Shown here piece after piece: positions 7,117 through 16,787 of a stretch of DNA of 57,448 bases. The DNA comes from an uncultured Pirellulales bacterium. Its GTDB lineage: Bacteria; Planctomycetota; Phycisphaerae; Sedimentisphaerales; Anaerobacaceae. Position 1 is the first letter of the stretch. Every line of letters starts with the position of its first letter. The notes under the pieces were generated by a model. The model was not told where the DNA came from. It saw nothing but the letters and a program-made list of their open reading frames with translations, and did no database searches. A program made the position numbers and the translations under genes. The DNA lies in NCBI GenBank assembly GCA_964429265.1, contig CAYSBK010000001.1, positions 1 through 57,448 on the forward strand. The letters run 5' to 3'.

Positions 7117-9147
7117 ATGAGTTTTCGAAAGTTTTTCATGGTTTGCCTGTGGAGTGTGAGCTTTGCCGGCGCAGCTTCGGGGTACGAACATTTGAGGCCG
7201 GGCCTGGCCGGAACGTTTTTCGCCAGGCGCAATTTCACCAATCCGGTGGGTTACATAGACATACTTGACAGTCTCGACAAGAATTGGGGCAAATCAAGAG
7301 GAAGCTCATGGTCGGGGCGGTGGTCCGGCTACATTGATTTTCCGGTTGCGGGGGAGGTAACATTTACGGCAACGGCGGTGGACGGGCTCCGGTTGCTGGT
7401 TGCCGGCAAGGTAGTAATAGACGGCCTTGAGGATAAGAACGCTCGGCGGGGGAAGGTGGTTGTTGATAAAGCAGGTTTGGTGCCGGTGGTGGTGGAGTAC
7501 GTGTCGCAGACGGGCAAGGCGCAACTTCAAGTCTACTGGCAGTGGCAAGGGCGGCAAGCGACGATCGTACCGGCGGACAGGCTTTACTGTGATCCCACCG
7601 AGGTTGACCGGGAGCTGTTTGAACTGGGAGAGATGATCAGGTACAGCCGGGCTTTGCGGGAAAAGCTGGTGCGGGACCGCTACCGGCCGGGATATCACTT
7701 TATCAGCCCGGGCGGAAGATGCGATCCGTTCGACATCAACGCCTGCATATTCTGGAACGGCCGTTATCACATTTTTTACATCTTCCAGAATGAAAAAGGA
7801 CATTGCTGGGGACACGCTTCGAGTCTCGACCTGGTGCACTGGCGACATCACCCGACGGCTCTCGAGCCGGGCGAGGGTGACACCGGAATTTTTTCGGGAG
7901 GCTGCTTTGTCGACGGCCGGGGCATCCCCACGATTACTTACTGGGGCCTCAAGCAGGGGGTATGCATCGCCACGAGCACCGACAGGGAACTCAACGTCTG
8001 GACCAAAAGCCCACACAATCCGGTGATCCGCCAAACGCGTTCCGGCTACGCCGTCATCGAGAGCGAATCGTCCAAAGACGAACAGGTGATTTACGGTGTG
8101 GCCGACCCATCGGCTATATGGTTCAACAAGGGTCGATACTATATGCTGACCGGCAACCTGCTGGTGCTGAAGCGATTCGGGCTGAGACAAAAGAATGCGA
8201 AATACCTCGGCGACACTACGTATCTTTTCGTTTCCGACGACCTGGTAAACTGGAAATACCTGCATCCCTTCTACAAATCAAATCGCAAGTGGACCCAGAG
8301 CGACGAGGACAATATGTGCCCCGACTTTTTCCCGCTGCCGGCGGGCCCCGAGTCGGCAAAGGCCAGCGATCGGCATATGCTGCTTTTTATCAGCCATAAC
8401 CGGGGCTGCCAGTATTACATAGGCCGATACGCCGACGACCATTTCTACCCAGAAACGCACGGACGTATGAGCTGGGTGGACCGAGCCTTCTTTGCGCCGG
8501 AGAGCCTGCTGGACGACAAGGGCCGGCGTATTATGTGGGCGTGGATTCACGATGGGAGAAAGGCGGAGACGGTAAAATCGAGCGGCTGGTCCGGCACGCT
8601 GAGTCTGCCGCGGGTGCTGTGGCTGGGCGCCGATAAGACCCTGCGGATGAGGCCCGCCAAGGAGTTGGCCGCGTTGCGATACAATCCCGTTACACTCGGC
8701 AATCTAAGCATAAAGGCCGGCCACGATATGACGCTGAGCACCGTCAGAGGCAACAGCATCGAATTGTACCTTGAAATCGACACCTCCAGGGCCGAGCACG
8801 CCGGCGTGAAGGTATGCGTATCGCCCGACGGCCAGGAGCAAACCCTCGTATTCTACGATGCCAACGATAATATGCTAAAGATAGATACCACCCGGTCCAG
8901 CCTCGGCCAAGGCTCGAAGAAGGTTGAAGCGGGTCCGCTGGAACTCAAACCCGGCGAGCCGTTGAAATTGAGGGTGTTCGTGGACAAGTCCGTTGTGGAG
9001 GCCTTTGCGAACGACCGGCAGGCGGTGATGCGGCGTATCTATCCTACCCGCAGCGACAGCGTCGGTGTGGCGCTTTTCTGCAGGGGTGGTTCGGCCAGGG
9101 TAAAACGGCTGCAGGCATGGCAGATGATGCCGGCAAATCCTTACTGA
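7117..9147 (+). CDS. secreted PA14-domain / glycoside hydrolase family 32-like (five-bladed propeller plus beta-sandwich) protein
   Basis: Signal peptide MSFRKFFMVCLWSVSFAGAAS. PA14-like block (GLAGTFFARRNF...WSGYIDFPVAGEVTFTATAVDGLRLLVAGKVVIDG...VEYVSQTGKAQLQVYW). GH32-like YRPGYHFISPGGRCDPFD...NGRYHIFY...WGHASSLDLVHW. Confidence 0.8.
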   Translation: MSFRKFFMVCLWSVSFAGAASGYEHLRPGLAGTFFARRNFTNPVGYIDILDSLDKNWGKSRGSSWSGRWSGYIDFPVAGEVTFTATAVDGLRLLVAGKVVIDGLEDKNARRGKVVVDKAGLVPVVVEYVSQTGKAQLQVYWQWQGRQATIVPADRLYCDPTEVDRELFELGEMIRYSRALREKLVRDRYRPGYHFISPGGRCDPFDINACIFWNGRYHIFYIFQNEKGHCWGHASSLDLVHWRHHPTALEPGEGDTGIFSGGCFVDGRGIPTITYWGLKQGVCIATSTDRELNVWTKSPHNPVIRQTRSGYAVIESESSKDEQVIYGVADPSAIWFNKGRYYMLTGNLLVLKRFGLRQKNAKYLGDTTYLFVSDDLVNWKYLHPFYKSNRKWTQSDEDNMCPDFFPLPAGPESAKASDRHMLLFISHNRGCQYYIGRYADDHFYPETHGRMSWVDRAFFAPESLLDDKGRRIMWAWIHDGRKAETVKSSGWSGTLSLPRVLWLGADKTLRMRPAKELAALRYNPVTLGNLSIKAGHDMTLSTVRGNSIELYLEIDTSRAEHAGVKVCVSPDGQEQTLVFYDANDNMLKIDTTRSSLGQGSKKVEAGPLELKPGEPLKLRVFVDKSVVEAFANDRQAVMRRIYPTRSDSVGVALFCRGGSARVKRLQAWQMMPANPY

Positions 9148-9414
9148 AATTACCGGATTTGCCGATAACCGACCGCTCAATTGTCGGGAAACCCGAACAT
9201 CCAGTGGCTCGGGTCGTTCCAGGCGGTGGGCAAATCTGCGGTGTGTCTTTGTTCCGGGGGCGACCACCAAGAACCGCAAACCACTGATTCTGCCAACGTA
9301 CTACATCATCGGCAAGGGATCTGTTTCAGGTGGCTGCCGCCGGGTGTTTTGGTTGACAGTAATGTGGGGGTGGTATAGCATACGGGGCTTTGAGAAAGGT
9401 TGGCAGGCAAAGAA

Positions 9415-10509
9415 ATGATCCGGGTAACACTAATAACTGGTGATGGAATCGGCCCCGAGATTGCAGATGCGGCCAGAAGGTGCATCGACGCAACGGGTGC
9501 GGAGATAGAGTGGGATATCAAGGAAGCCGGTCTGGACGTTATGGAGCGGCTTGGCACGCCGCTTCCGCAGGAAACGATAGAGTCGGTTAAGAACACGGGC
9601 GTGGCACTTAAGGCGCCGATAACCACGCCGGTTGGAACGGGCTACCGCAGCATCAACGTTTACCTGCGACAGAGTCTGGATTTATATGCGTGCCTGCGGC
9701 CCTGCAAGAGCTACAAGGGCGTGCGAAGCAGGTATGCCGATGTGGACCTTGTGGTGGTGAGGGAGAATACCGAAGACCTGTATGCGGGGATCGAATTTGA
9801 AAGGTCCAAAGACGACACCCTCGAGCTTATAGAGTGGATTAATCAACGCAGGGACAGGAAGATAAGGCCCGATTCCGGCATCAGCATCAAGCCCATCTCG
9901 GCCGCCGCGACGGAGAGGATAGTGCGTTTCGCGTTTGAATATGCCCGGAAGATGGGCCGGCGGAAGGTAACGTCGGTTCACAAGGCCAACATAATGAAGT
10001 TCAGCGACGGGCTGTGGCTGGAAGTCAGCAGAAAGGTTGCGGCCGAGTACGACGACATCGAGTTCGAAGACCGGATTGTTGACAATATGTGTATGCAACT
10101 GATTCAAAAGCCCGAGCTGTACGACGTTATCGTGTTGCCCAATCTTTACGGAGATATAATAAGCGACCTGTGCGCGGGCCTGGTCGGTGGCCTGGGAGTC
10201 GCACCGGGAGCGAACATCGGTGACGATGCCGCTATATTCGAGGCAACCCACGGAAGCGCGCCGAAATACAAGGGGCAAAACAAGGTCAATCCCACGGCAC
10301 TGATACTGAGCGGCGTGATGATGCTGCGTCACATCGGCAAGAGAGCTGAGGCCGACAGGCTCGAAAACGCGGTCGCGGCGGTGATAGAAGAAGGCAGGCG
10401 TGTTACCTACGATATGAAGCCGGACCGCAACGACCCGACGGCCGTGGGGACCAGCGAGATGGCCGACGCGATAATCGAGAAAATCGAAAGCCAAAATAAG
10501 GCACAGTAA
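9415..10509 (+). CDS. icd: isocitrate dehydrogenase, NAD-type (isocitrate/isopropylmalate dehydrogenase family)
   Basis: [54 protein letters not shown] and [10 protein letters not shown] motifs. The length is about 364 aa. Confidence 0.85.
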   Translation: MIRVTLITGDGIGPEIADAARRCIDATGAEIEWDIKEAGLDVMERLGTPLPQETIESVKNTGVALKAPITTPVGTGYRSINVYLRQSLDLYACLRPCKSYKGVRSRYADVDLVVVRENTEDLYAGIEFERSKDDTLELIEWINQRRDRKIRPDSGISIKPISAAATERIVRFAFEYARKMGRRKVTSVHKANIMKFSDGLWLEVSRKVAAEYDDIEFEDRIVDNMCMQLIQKPELYDVIVLPNLYGDIISDLCAGLVGGLGVAPGANIGDDAAIFEATHGSAPKYKGQNKVNPTALILSGVMMLRHIGKRAEADRLENAVAAVIEEGRRVTYDMKPDRNDPTAVGTSEMADAIIEKIESQNKAQ

Positions 10510-10562
10510 ATCGACCCGTCGCGGCTGCAAATACCTTCTTTGCATACTCAGGGAGCTGCCCT

Positions 10563-11630
10563 ATGAACCAGCAGCTACACCGCCAGCTTGTCTCAGGCTC
10601 AAGAAGTGGACCAGTTGCGTCGGTTGCCAGGTTCGGGCTGAGGTTGCTGTCGTGGCCGTATGCCGCGGCGGTGACTTTACGGAACATTTGTTACGACCGC
10701 GGCTGGTTCAAAAGCGACCATGTAGCCCCGGTCGTCATCAGCATCGGCAACATCACGGTCGGTGGTACGGGCAAGACGCCGCTGGTGCTGTGGTTGTCTA
10801 AAATGCTGGCTGAGAAGGGTCTTGCCTTTGTGATTCTCACCAGGGGCTACAAGTCAGGCAAGTACCGGCTTTCCGACGAGCCTGCCATTCTTGCTGGCGC
10901 GGCCGGCCGGGCAAAAGTCATCGTAAATCCTGATCGTGTTGCGGCCGCCAAGGAAGCTATCGAGAAGTTCAATGCGGAAGTCGTGTTGATGGACGACGGT
11001 TTTCAACACCGCCGACTGGGGCGTGACCTTGACATAGTAGCCATCGATGCGACGTGCCCGTTCGGATACGGCAGGCTGCTGCCGGGCGGGTTGCTGCGTG
11101 AGCCGGCGACGGCGCTGAAACGTGCACAGGCGGTGGTTATTACGCGGTGTGACCAGGTTGACAGCGACCAGGTCGAGCAAATCAAGAAGAAGCTGCTGCA
11201 ACTGAATCCGGCGCTGGTCGTCGCCACGGCGGTTCACAAGCCGGTTTGCGCCAGGTCGAAGGCCGGGATCAACATTGAGCTGGGGCAGCTTAAAAAGAGG
11301 AAGGTGTTCGCCTTTTGCGGGATAGGCAACCCGCAGGCATTCTTCGATACGCTCGCTGCGATCGGTATCCAACCGGTGGGGTCGATGGTATTTGACGACC
11401 ATCACCGGTACAGTCGGCGATGCATCGACAAGGTAGCGCGCAAAGCACGACAGGCGGGCGCGGATATGCTGGTTACAACAGAAAAAGACGCAACCAAGAT
11501 CAGGACGCTGCACCACCAAGCGGAGCCCGAGCTGGTGTATCTGGTAGTCGAGTTGTGTTTAGTCAGCGGCAGCGAGCGGCTATGGTCCTTGATAGAATCG
11601 GCTGTCAAAGGTAAAATGCATCTTGCTTAA
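10563..11630 (+). CDS. lpxK: tetraacyldisaccharide 4'-kinase
   Basis: P-loop GNITVGGTGKTP, RGYK and DDGFQH motifs. Confidence 0.85.
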   Translation: MNQQLHRQLVSGSRSGPVASVARFGLRLLSWPYAAAVTLRNICYDRGWFKSDHVAPVVISIGNITVGGTGKTPLVLWLSKMLAEKGLAFVILTRGYKSGKYRLSDEPAILAGAAGRAKVIVNPDRVAAAKEAIEKFNAEVVLMDDGFQHRRLGRDLDIVAIDATCPFGYGRLLPGGLLREPATALKRAQAVVITRCDQVDSDQVEQIKKKLLQLNPALVVATAVHKPVCARSKAGINIELGQLKKRKVFAFCGIGNPQAFFDTLAAIGIQPVGSMVFDDHHRYSRRCIDKVARKARQAGADMLVTTEKDATKIRTLHHQAEPELVYLVVELCLVSGSERLWSLIESAVKGKMHLA

Positions 11631-11636
11631 GGGTTG

Positions 11637-13124
11637 ATGATGGATGAAGACCTGATAAAAACCGTCACGAATCTGGGCTCGCCGCGTGTTCTGGTAGTGG
11701 GCGACTTTATGCTGGATATTTACACGTACGGCGATGCCCTGAGAATAAGTCCGGAAGCACCGGTGCCGGTGCTGAAGGTACGCAGCACCCAGTGGGGCCC
11801 CGGCGGTGCAGCGTCGGTGGCGGCTGACCTGGCGGAGCTGGGAGCGCAGGTGTTTTGCATCGGGGTTATCGGGACCGATGCCAACGGCAGGCGGCTAACA
11901 GAGCTGCTGGACGAACGGGGCATCGACACTTCCGACCTGCTTGCTCTTGATACAAGGCCGACCACCTCGAAAAGACGGCTGATCGGTCTGGCCCAACACC
12001 GTCACCGACAGCAGCTAATGCGAATCGACCAGGAGTCCAGTGAACCCTTGAGCAGCCAGCAGTACCGGTTTCTTTTGGAGCGTTACGGCTGCCGGCTTGG
12101 CCAGGTGGACATCGTCTGCCTGCAGGATTATGACAAGGCGGTCTTGAGCGACGCGGTTTGCCGGCAGGTGGTAGAACTTGCCGGCAAGGCGGGCAAGAAG
12201 ATACTGGTGGACCCGGCTTTTCAGCGCGATTATCGCAAGTACGCCGGGGCGACCGTCATCACGCCGAACCGCAGGGAAGCCGGCGAGGTGGTCGGCTTCG
12301 AGATAGACGACGAACAGGCGGCGGCGAAAGCAGCACGGCAACTTCGCAGCGAACTTGGCTTGGAGGCTGTGGTGATAACACTGGATAAGGAAGGAGCTTA
12401 CCTCGAAACACCGCAGACAAGCGAGCTTATCCCGGCAAGAGAACGCAGCGTCTATGACGTTACAGGTGCCGGAGATATTGTGCTGGCTGCGCTGGCGGTG
12501 TGCCTGGCATCGGGGTGCGACTATAAAACGGCGGTGCAGATTGCCAATATAGCCGGCGGGATTGAGGTCGAAAAGTTTGGTGCTGTGACGGTAAGCCTGG
12601 ATGAGATCGTCGGTGAGATTGTGCTTGAAAGCCGCAGCAAGGCCGGCAAGATTTGTGAGCCGGATGTGCTGATCGACCGGCTTCAGTGGCATCGAGGGCG
12701 TGGGCAGACGATAGTGTTCACGAATGGCTGTTTTGATGTGCTTCATCGCGGCCACATAGAGTTTCTGAAGTTTTGCAAGAACCAGGGACAGATTGTGGTG
12801 GTTGGTCTCAACAGCGACGAATCGGTAAGGAAGATAAAAGGCCCCGGCCGGCCCGTGAACAATCAGAATGACCGTGCGTCGGTTCTGGCTGCGCTGGAAA
12901 CGGTTGATTACGTGACGATCTTCGATGAGCCGGACCCCCTTGAGCTGATCAAGCAGGTCAGGCCCAACGTACTGGTTAAAGGACAGGACTGGGCCGAGAA
13001 AGGCGTGGTGGGCCGGGAGTTCGTTGAGAGCCTCGGCGGCAAAGTTGTTTTGGCACCGCTGGTAGAGGGCAAGAGCACGACCTCGGTGATTGAACGAATA
13101 AAGTCAAGTCATAAGACAAGCTGA
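11637..13124 (+). CDS. hldE: bifunctional D-beta-D-heptose 7-phosphate kinase / D-beta-D-heptose 1-phosphate adenylyltransferase
   Basis: Ribokinase-like N-terminal domain (DVTGAGD) and cytidylyltransferase C-terminal domain (NGCFDVLHRGHIEFL). Confidence 0.9.
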   Translation: MMDEDLIKTVTNLGSPRVLVVGDFMLDIYTYGDALRISPEAPVPVLKVRSTQWGPGGAASVAADLAELGAQVFCIGVIGTDANGRRLTELLDERGIDTSDLLALDTRPTTSKRRLIGLAQHRHRQQLMRIDQESSEPLSSQQYRFLLERYGCRLGQVDIVCLQDYDKAVLSDAVCRQVVELAGKAGKKILVDPAFQRDYRKYAGATVITPNRREAGEVVGFEIDDEQAAAKAARQLRSELGLEAVVITLDKEGAYLETPQTSELIPARERSVYDVTGAGDIVLAALAVCLASGCDYKTAVQIANIAGGIEVEKFGAVTVSLDEIVGEIVLESRSKAGKICEPDVLIDRLQWHRGRGQTIVFTNGCFDVLHRGHIEFLKFCKNQGQIVVVGLNSDESVRKIKGPGRPVNNQNDRASVLAALETVDYVTIFDEPDPLELIKQVRPNVLVKGQDWAEKGVVGREFVESLGGKVVLAPLVEGKSTTSVIERIKSSHKTS

Positions 13125-13711
13125 TGAACCCCGGGACGATGTCGGCACAAGTGGAGCAGATTATACAGCAACACCGGCAGGTCGTTGCCGGCATTGGTGC
13201 ATCGACGGTTGCAAATATTGCGGCGGGGGCGGGTTCCATAATAGAGGCTTTGCAACAGGGCCACAGAGTGTATATTTGCGGCAACGGTGGTTCGGCAGCC
13301 GATGCCCAGCACATCGCGGGCGAACTCTTGGGGCGATTTCGACGGACTCGAAGGCCTCTGCCGGCGGTGGCGCTGACAACCGATACGTCCACCATCACTT
13401 CGGTCGCCAACGATTTTGGATACGAGCACGTCTTCGAGCGTCAGGTCGAGGCCCTGGTGGAGAAAGGCGATATACTCTGGGCGATATCGACCAGCGGCAG
13501 CAGCGCGAGCGTTGTGGCTGCCGCTGAGACAGCAAAGAACAAAGGCGCAAAGGTGCTGGCTTTTACGGGCAGAAAAGACAGCGCTCTCGAGAGGTTGTCG
13601 GACGTGTGCGTGTGCGCCGGTAGTGACTCGACGGCCCGCAGCCAGGAGATTCATCAACTTGCCTACCATATCATCTGCGAGCTGATCGACCGAAACTTTG
13701 CAGAACAATAG
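13124..13711 (+). CDS. gmhA: D-sedoheptulose 7-phosphate isomerase (SIS domain)
   Basis: GNGGSAADAQHIAGEL and ISTSGSS motifs. The start overlaps the hldE stop by 1 nt (TGATG). Confidence 0.9.
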   Translation: MNPGTMSAQVEQIIQQHRQVVAGIGASTVANIAAGAGSIIEALQQGHRVYICGNGGSAADAQHIAGELLGRFRRTRRPLPAVALTTDTSTITSVANDFGYEHVFERQVEALVEKGDILWAISTSGSSASVVAAAETAKNKGAKVLAFTGRKDSALERLSDVCVCAGSDSTARSQEIHQLAYHIICELIDRNFAEQ

Positions 13712-13734
13712 CCTCGCAAGTTTGGCGGGACAAT

Positions 13735-14829
13735 ATGGCCGACAAAGCAGTATTCCTGGACCGGGACGGCACACTGATAAAAGACCCCGGCTATATCAAC
13801 AACCCTGACCAGGTTGAGCTGCTTGAGGGTGTGCCGAGGGCCTTGCGGGAGCTGAGGGAGCTCGGCTATAAAATTATAGTGGTTTCGAACCAGTCGGGGG
13901 TTGCCAGAGGTATCGTCAGCGTCCCCACGCTGGAAAAGATTCACAATCGTCTCAAAGAACTGCTGGCAAAGGAAGATGCATTTCTGGACCGGATTTATTA
14001 TTGTCCTTTTCATCCCGAGGGGGCGGTAAAGAAGTACAGGAAGGACAGCGATTGGCGAAAACCGCAGCCTGGAATGCTGCTGGCTGCGGCAAGGGATTTC
14101 GGACTGGAGCTCGGGCAGTGCTGGATGATAGGCGACGAACAACGCGATGTAGAAGCAGGCTTTCGTGCGGGCTGCAAGACCATAATGTTGACAAAGCGGC
14201 AATACTACGAACCACCTCGACCCGGGGACATTGTTCCCGACTACAAGTGTCTAAGTCTGAGGGAAGCGGTCAACATCATCAAGCAGTACCACCGTGCGCG
14301 GCCGAGCACACCGCAACCATCGGAAACGCAAGCGGCCGCGCCGGTTGAGCAAAGCGTCGAGCCCTGCGAGGAAAATACGCCGGTACCCCGCCAGCAGGAG
14401 ACCTCGGTGGCGGAACAGGCAAAAGCAGAACCGCTGCAGCAGGGGCCTGCCGTTGAAGAACCCCGCGTCGACGAACCTTCGCCGCCTCAGGCCAAGACAG
14501 ATGACCAGCAGCAACTTGCTCCTCAGTCACGAACCATCCGCGACAGCGACGCGCCGCCCGAAGCCGCCGGAGGCAGAACAGAGTATTTACTTGCCGAGAT
14601 AGTTGAGCAGTTAAGAATGCTGCGGCGAGAGGAAATGTTCAGTGAGTTTTCGCTTGCGCGACTGGCGGCGCAGGTGCTGCAGATTGTGGTGCTGCTGTGC
14701 CTGATGATTAGCGTGTGGTTTCTGCTGGATGTCAACAGAAAGCCGGAAAGCGTTCTTATCGCGCTCGGCTTTGCCGTGTTGTTTCAGTTGATGTCGCTTA
14801 CATTTCACCTTATGCAGACCCGCAAATAA
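13735..14829 (+). CDS. gmhB: D,D-heptose 1,7-bisphosphate phosphatase (HAD-IIIA) with a long P/Q/E-rich linker and C-terminal two-helix membrane anchor
   Basis: FLDRDGTL (DxDxT), VVSNQSGVARG and CPFHPEG...RKPQPGM motifs in residues 1-185. Then a low-complexity PQE-rich stretch, then hydrophobic helices LAAQVLQIVVLLCLMISVWFLL and VLIALGFAVLFQLMSLTF. Confidence 0.8.
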   Translation: MADKAVFLDRDGTLIKDPGYINNPDQVELLEGVPRALRELRELGYKIIVVSNQSGVARGIVSVPTLEKIHNRLKELLAKEDAFLDRIYYCPFHPEGAVKKYRKDSDWRKPQPGMLLAAARDFGLELGQCWMIGDEQRDVEAGFRAGCKTIMLTKRQYYEPPRPGDIVPDYKCLSLREAVNIIKQYHRARPSTPQPSETQAAAPVEQSVEPCEENTPVPRQQETSVAEQAKAEPLQQGPAVEEPRVDEPSPPQAKTDDQQQLAPQSRTIRDSDAPPEAAGGRTEYLLAEIVEQLRMLRREEMFSEFSLARLAAQVLQIVVLLCLMISVWFLLDVNRKPESVLIALGFAVLFQLMSLTFHLMQTRK

Positions 14830-14859
14830 TAATTGTTGTAACGGTGGCGGGAAAAACCT

Positions 14860-15918
14860 GTGAGCGAGCAATCGAGTGTTCTGGTATGGCTACCCGGGCC
14901 GATGGGCGATGCGATTCTGGCTGTGCCGGCACTGCGGGCATTGCGGAATCACCTGCCACACGCAAATATCACGTTTTTCGCCAGGCCTGTGGTGCGGCAG
15001 GTGCTTGACCCGTGCAGGTTCACCGACGGCTGGCTGCCACGGCGAAGCGGCAATCCCTTCTCCGTCGCGGCGACCTTAAGACAACGCGCTTTCACCCGTT
15101 GCGTGCTGATGAAGAATTCGTTTGGTTCAGCGCTTACCGCTTTTCTTGCCGGCATACCAGAGCGAATCGGCTATGCTCGCCAGGGCCGTTCGTTGTTTCT
15201 TACACAAAAGCTGCAGCCGCAGAGACTTCCGGATGGAAAATACAAGCCGATCTCGATGATCGACTATTACCTGCAGCTCGCGGCGTTGCTGGGGGCGGAA
15301 ACGGACGATAGGACCCTTGAACTGGCCGTCGACCTTGAAGCAAAGAGGTCTCTGCTTGAGAAGTTGCCCCAGATAAGGGATAACCACCGGCCGCTGGTTG
15401 TGCTTGTGCCGGGGGGGGCGTTTGGTCCCAGCAAGCGCTGGCCGGCCAAGCGATTCGCCGCGACCGCCGACCGGCTCGTAAGCCGGTATGACGCAACGGT
15501 GGTCATTTCCGTTGCTGATGACCCCGTCGAGAAACAGATAGCACGAAGGATATGCGATTCCGCCAAGAGCGAACTTATCAACCTCGGCGAAAGACCGATA
15601 AGCCTGGCTGAACTGAAGGCGCTTTTTGGAGAGGCTCGCCTGGTGATAACGAACGACACCGGCCCACGACACATTGCGATAGCCCTTGGCAGAAAGGTCG
15701 TTACGCTATTCGGGCCGAACGACCCCGCCTGGACTGAGACAGGCTGGGAAGATGAAATCAAAATCGTCGGTGACGCTCCTTGCGTGCCCTGCCAGAAGCC
15801 GACCTGCGCGATGAGCGAGCATCTTTGTATGCGCTCCATCAGCGTTGAAATGGTACTTGATGCGGCTGAGAAGCTGCTGCAAAAGGATACCGCCGCACAG
15901 ATGCGCGGTAACCACTGA
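14860..15918 (+). CDS. ADP-heptose:LPS heptosyltransferase (GT9 family)
   Basis: GT9 pattern: PGPMGDAILAVPALRAL, VLVPGGAFGPSKRWP and ITNDTGPRHIA. GTG start. Confidence 0.8.
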   Translation: MSEQSSVLVWLPGPMGDAILAVPALRALRNHLPHANITFFARPVVRQVLDPCRFTDGWLPRRSGNPFSVAATLRQRAFTRCVLMKNSFGSALTAFLAGIPERIGYARQGRSLFLTQKLQPQRLPDGKYKPISMIDYYLQLAALLGAETDDRTLELAVDLEAKRSLLEKLPQIRDNHRPLVVLVPGGAFGPSKRWPAKRFAATADRLVSRYDATVVISVADDPVEKQIARRICDSAKSELINLGERPISLAELKALFGEARLVITNDTGPRHIAIALGRKVVTLFGPNDPAWTETGWEDEIKIVGDAPCVPCQKPTCAMSEHLCMRSISVEMVLDAAEKLLQKDTAAQMRGNH

Positions 15919-15920
15919 CT

Positions 15921-16787
15921 ATGCCGCCGCAAACGCTTGAAAGAATGTCGAAAGGTTTTTTCATTGACCCTGAGTATCGTGCCGCTCTTGAACGGCTCGG
16001 CCTTACCGATATGGATGGTGTGTTTTCTTTCAGCGGCGGCCAGAACCTGAGCAAGCCCGACCTTGCGCAGCACCGAAGCCGAATCAGCTTTCACATCGGC
16101 TCAGAGCAGCAAGGCACATTCGTGACCGCTTACCTGAAACGTTACGAGGCTGCGCCGATCATTGTGCAGGTGAAAAACTGGATTTGTCACCGCCGGTTGC
16201 AAAGCCTGGCGCAATGCGAGTTCGAAACCGCCAGGGACCTGCAGGCTGTCGGTATCGGCACACCGCAAACGATAGCGTACGGCTGGGAGTGGGGGTTGGT
16301 CGGCGAGAAAAGAAGCTTCGTCATCACTCGCGGGATATCGAACGCCCAAGCACTGGAGCGCAGGCTGCCCGATTGTTTTACAGAGGATGTGAAAAGGGGC
16401 CGGCTCCAAGAACGCAGGAGTTTTATCGCAGCGCTGGCGGGTTTTGTGAGGAAATTTCACGCGGCCGGGTGGTGTCACCGCGACCTGTACCTGTCGCACA
16501 TTTTCTATGACGGCTCGGGGCGATTTTACCTGATAGACCTGGCCAGGGCGTTCAGGCCGCTCGTGCTGCGTCGGCGGTATCGAATAAAGGACATTGCCCA
16601 ACTGTTTTATTCGGCGCCGGGCCGGTATTTTACGCGGACAGACCGGTTGCGGTTTTACCTGGCATACGTGGGCCGGCGAAAACTCAACAAGACGGACAAG
16701 GCGCTCATACGCAGGGTTCTCAGGCGGGCGATTCGAATGGCCCGGCACGATGAAAGACACGGCCGGCAGGCACCGTTTGCGCAATGA
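15921..16787 (+). CDS. lipopolysaccharide core kinase family protein (Kdo/WaaP/InaA-like)
   Basis: Protein-kinase-like catalytic loop WCHRDLYLSHIF and LIDLARA. It is embedded in the LPS-core operon. Confidence 0.7.
   Translation: MPPQTLERMSKGFFIDPEYRAALERLGLTDMDGVFSFSGGQNLSKPDLAQHRSRISFHIGSEQQGTFVTAYLKRYEAAPIIVQVKNWICHRRLQSLAQCEFETARDLQAVGIGTPQTIAYGWEWGLVGEKRSFVITRGISNAQALERRLPDCFTEDVKRGRLQERRSFIAALAGFVRKFHAAGWCHRDLYLSHIFYDGSGRFYLIDLARAFRPLVLRRRYRIKDIAQLFYSAPGRYFTRTDRLRFYLAYVGRRKLNKTDKALIRRVLRRAIRMARHDERHGRQAPFAQ

Noticed and set aside
6384-7241. Short ORFs in the 6368-7116 gap: 6384-6575(+), 6840-7031(+), 6906-7241(-), 6925-7191(-).
   Set aside because: They have no RBS and no domain signal, their composition is odd, and they overlap one another. 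They are treated as non-coding.
9353-9379. TTGACA ... TATAGC upstream of the isocitrate dehydrogenase gene as a promoter.
   Set aside because: The -35 is consensus, but the spacer is only 15 nt and the -10 is weak. The case is too uncertain to list as a feature.
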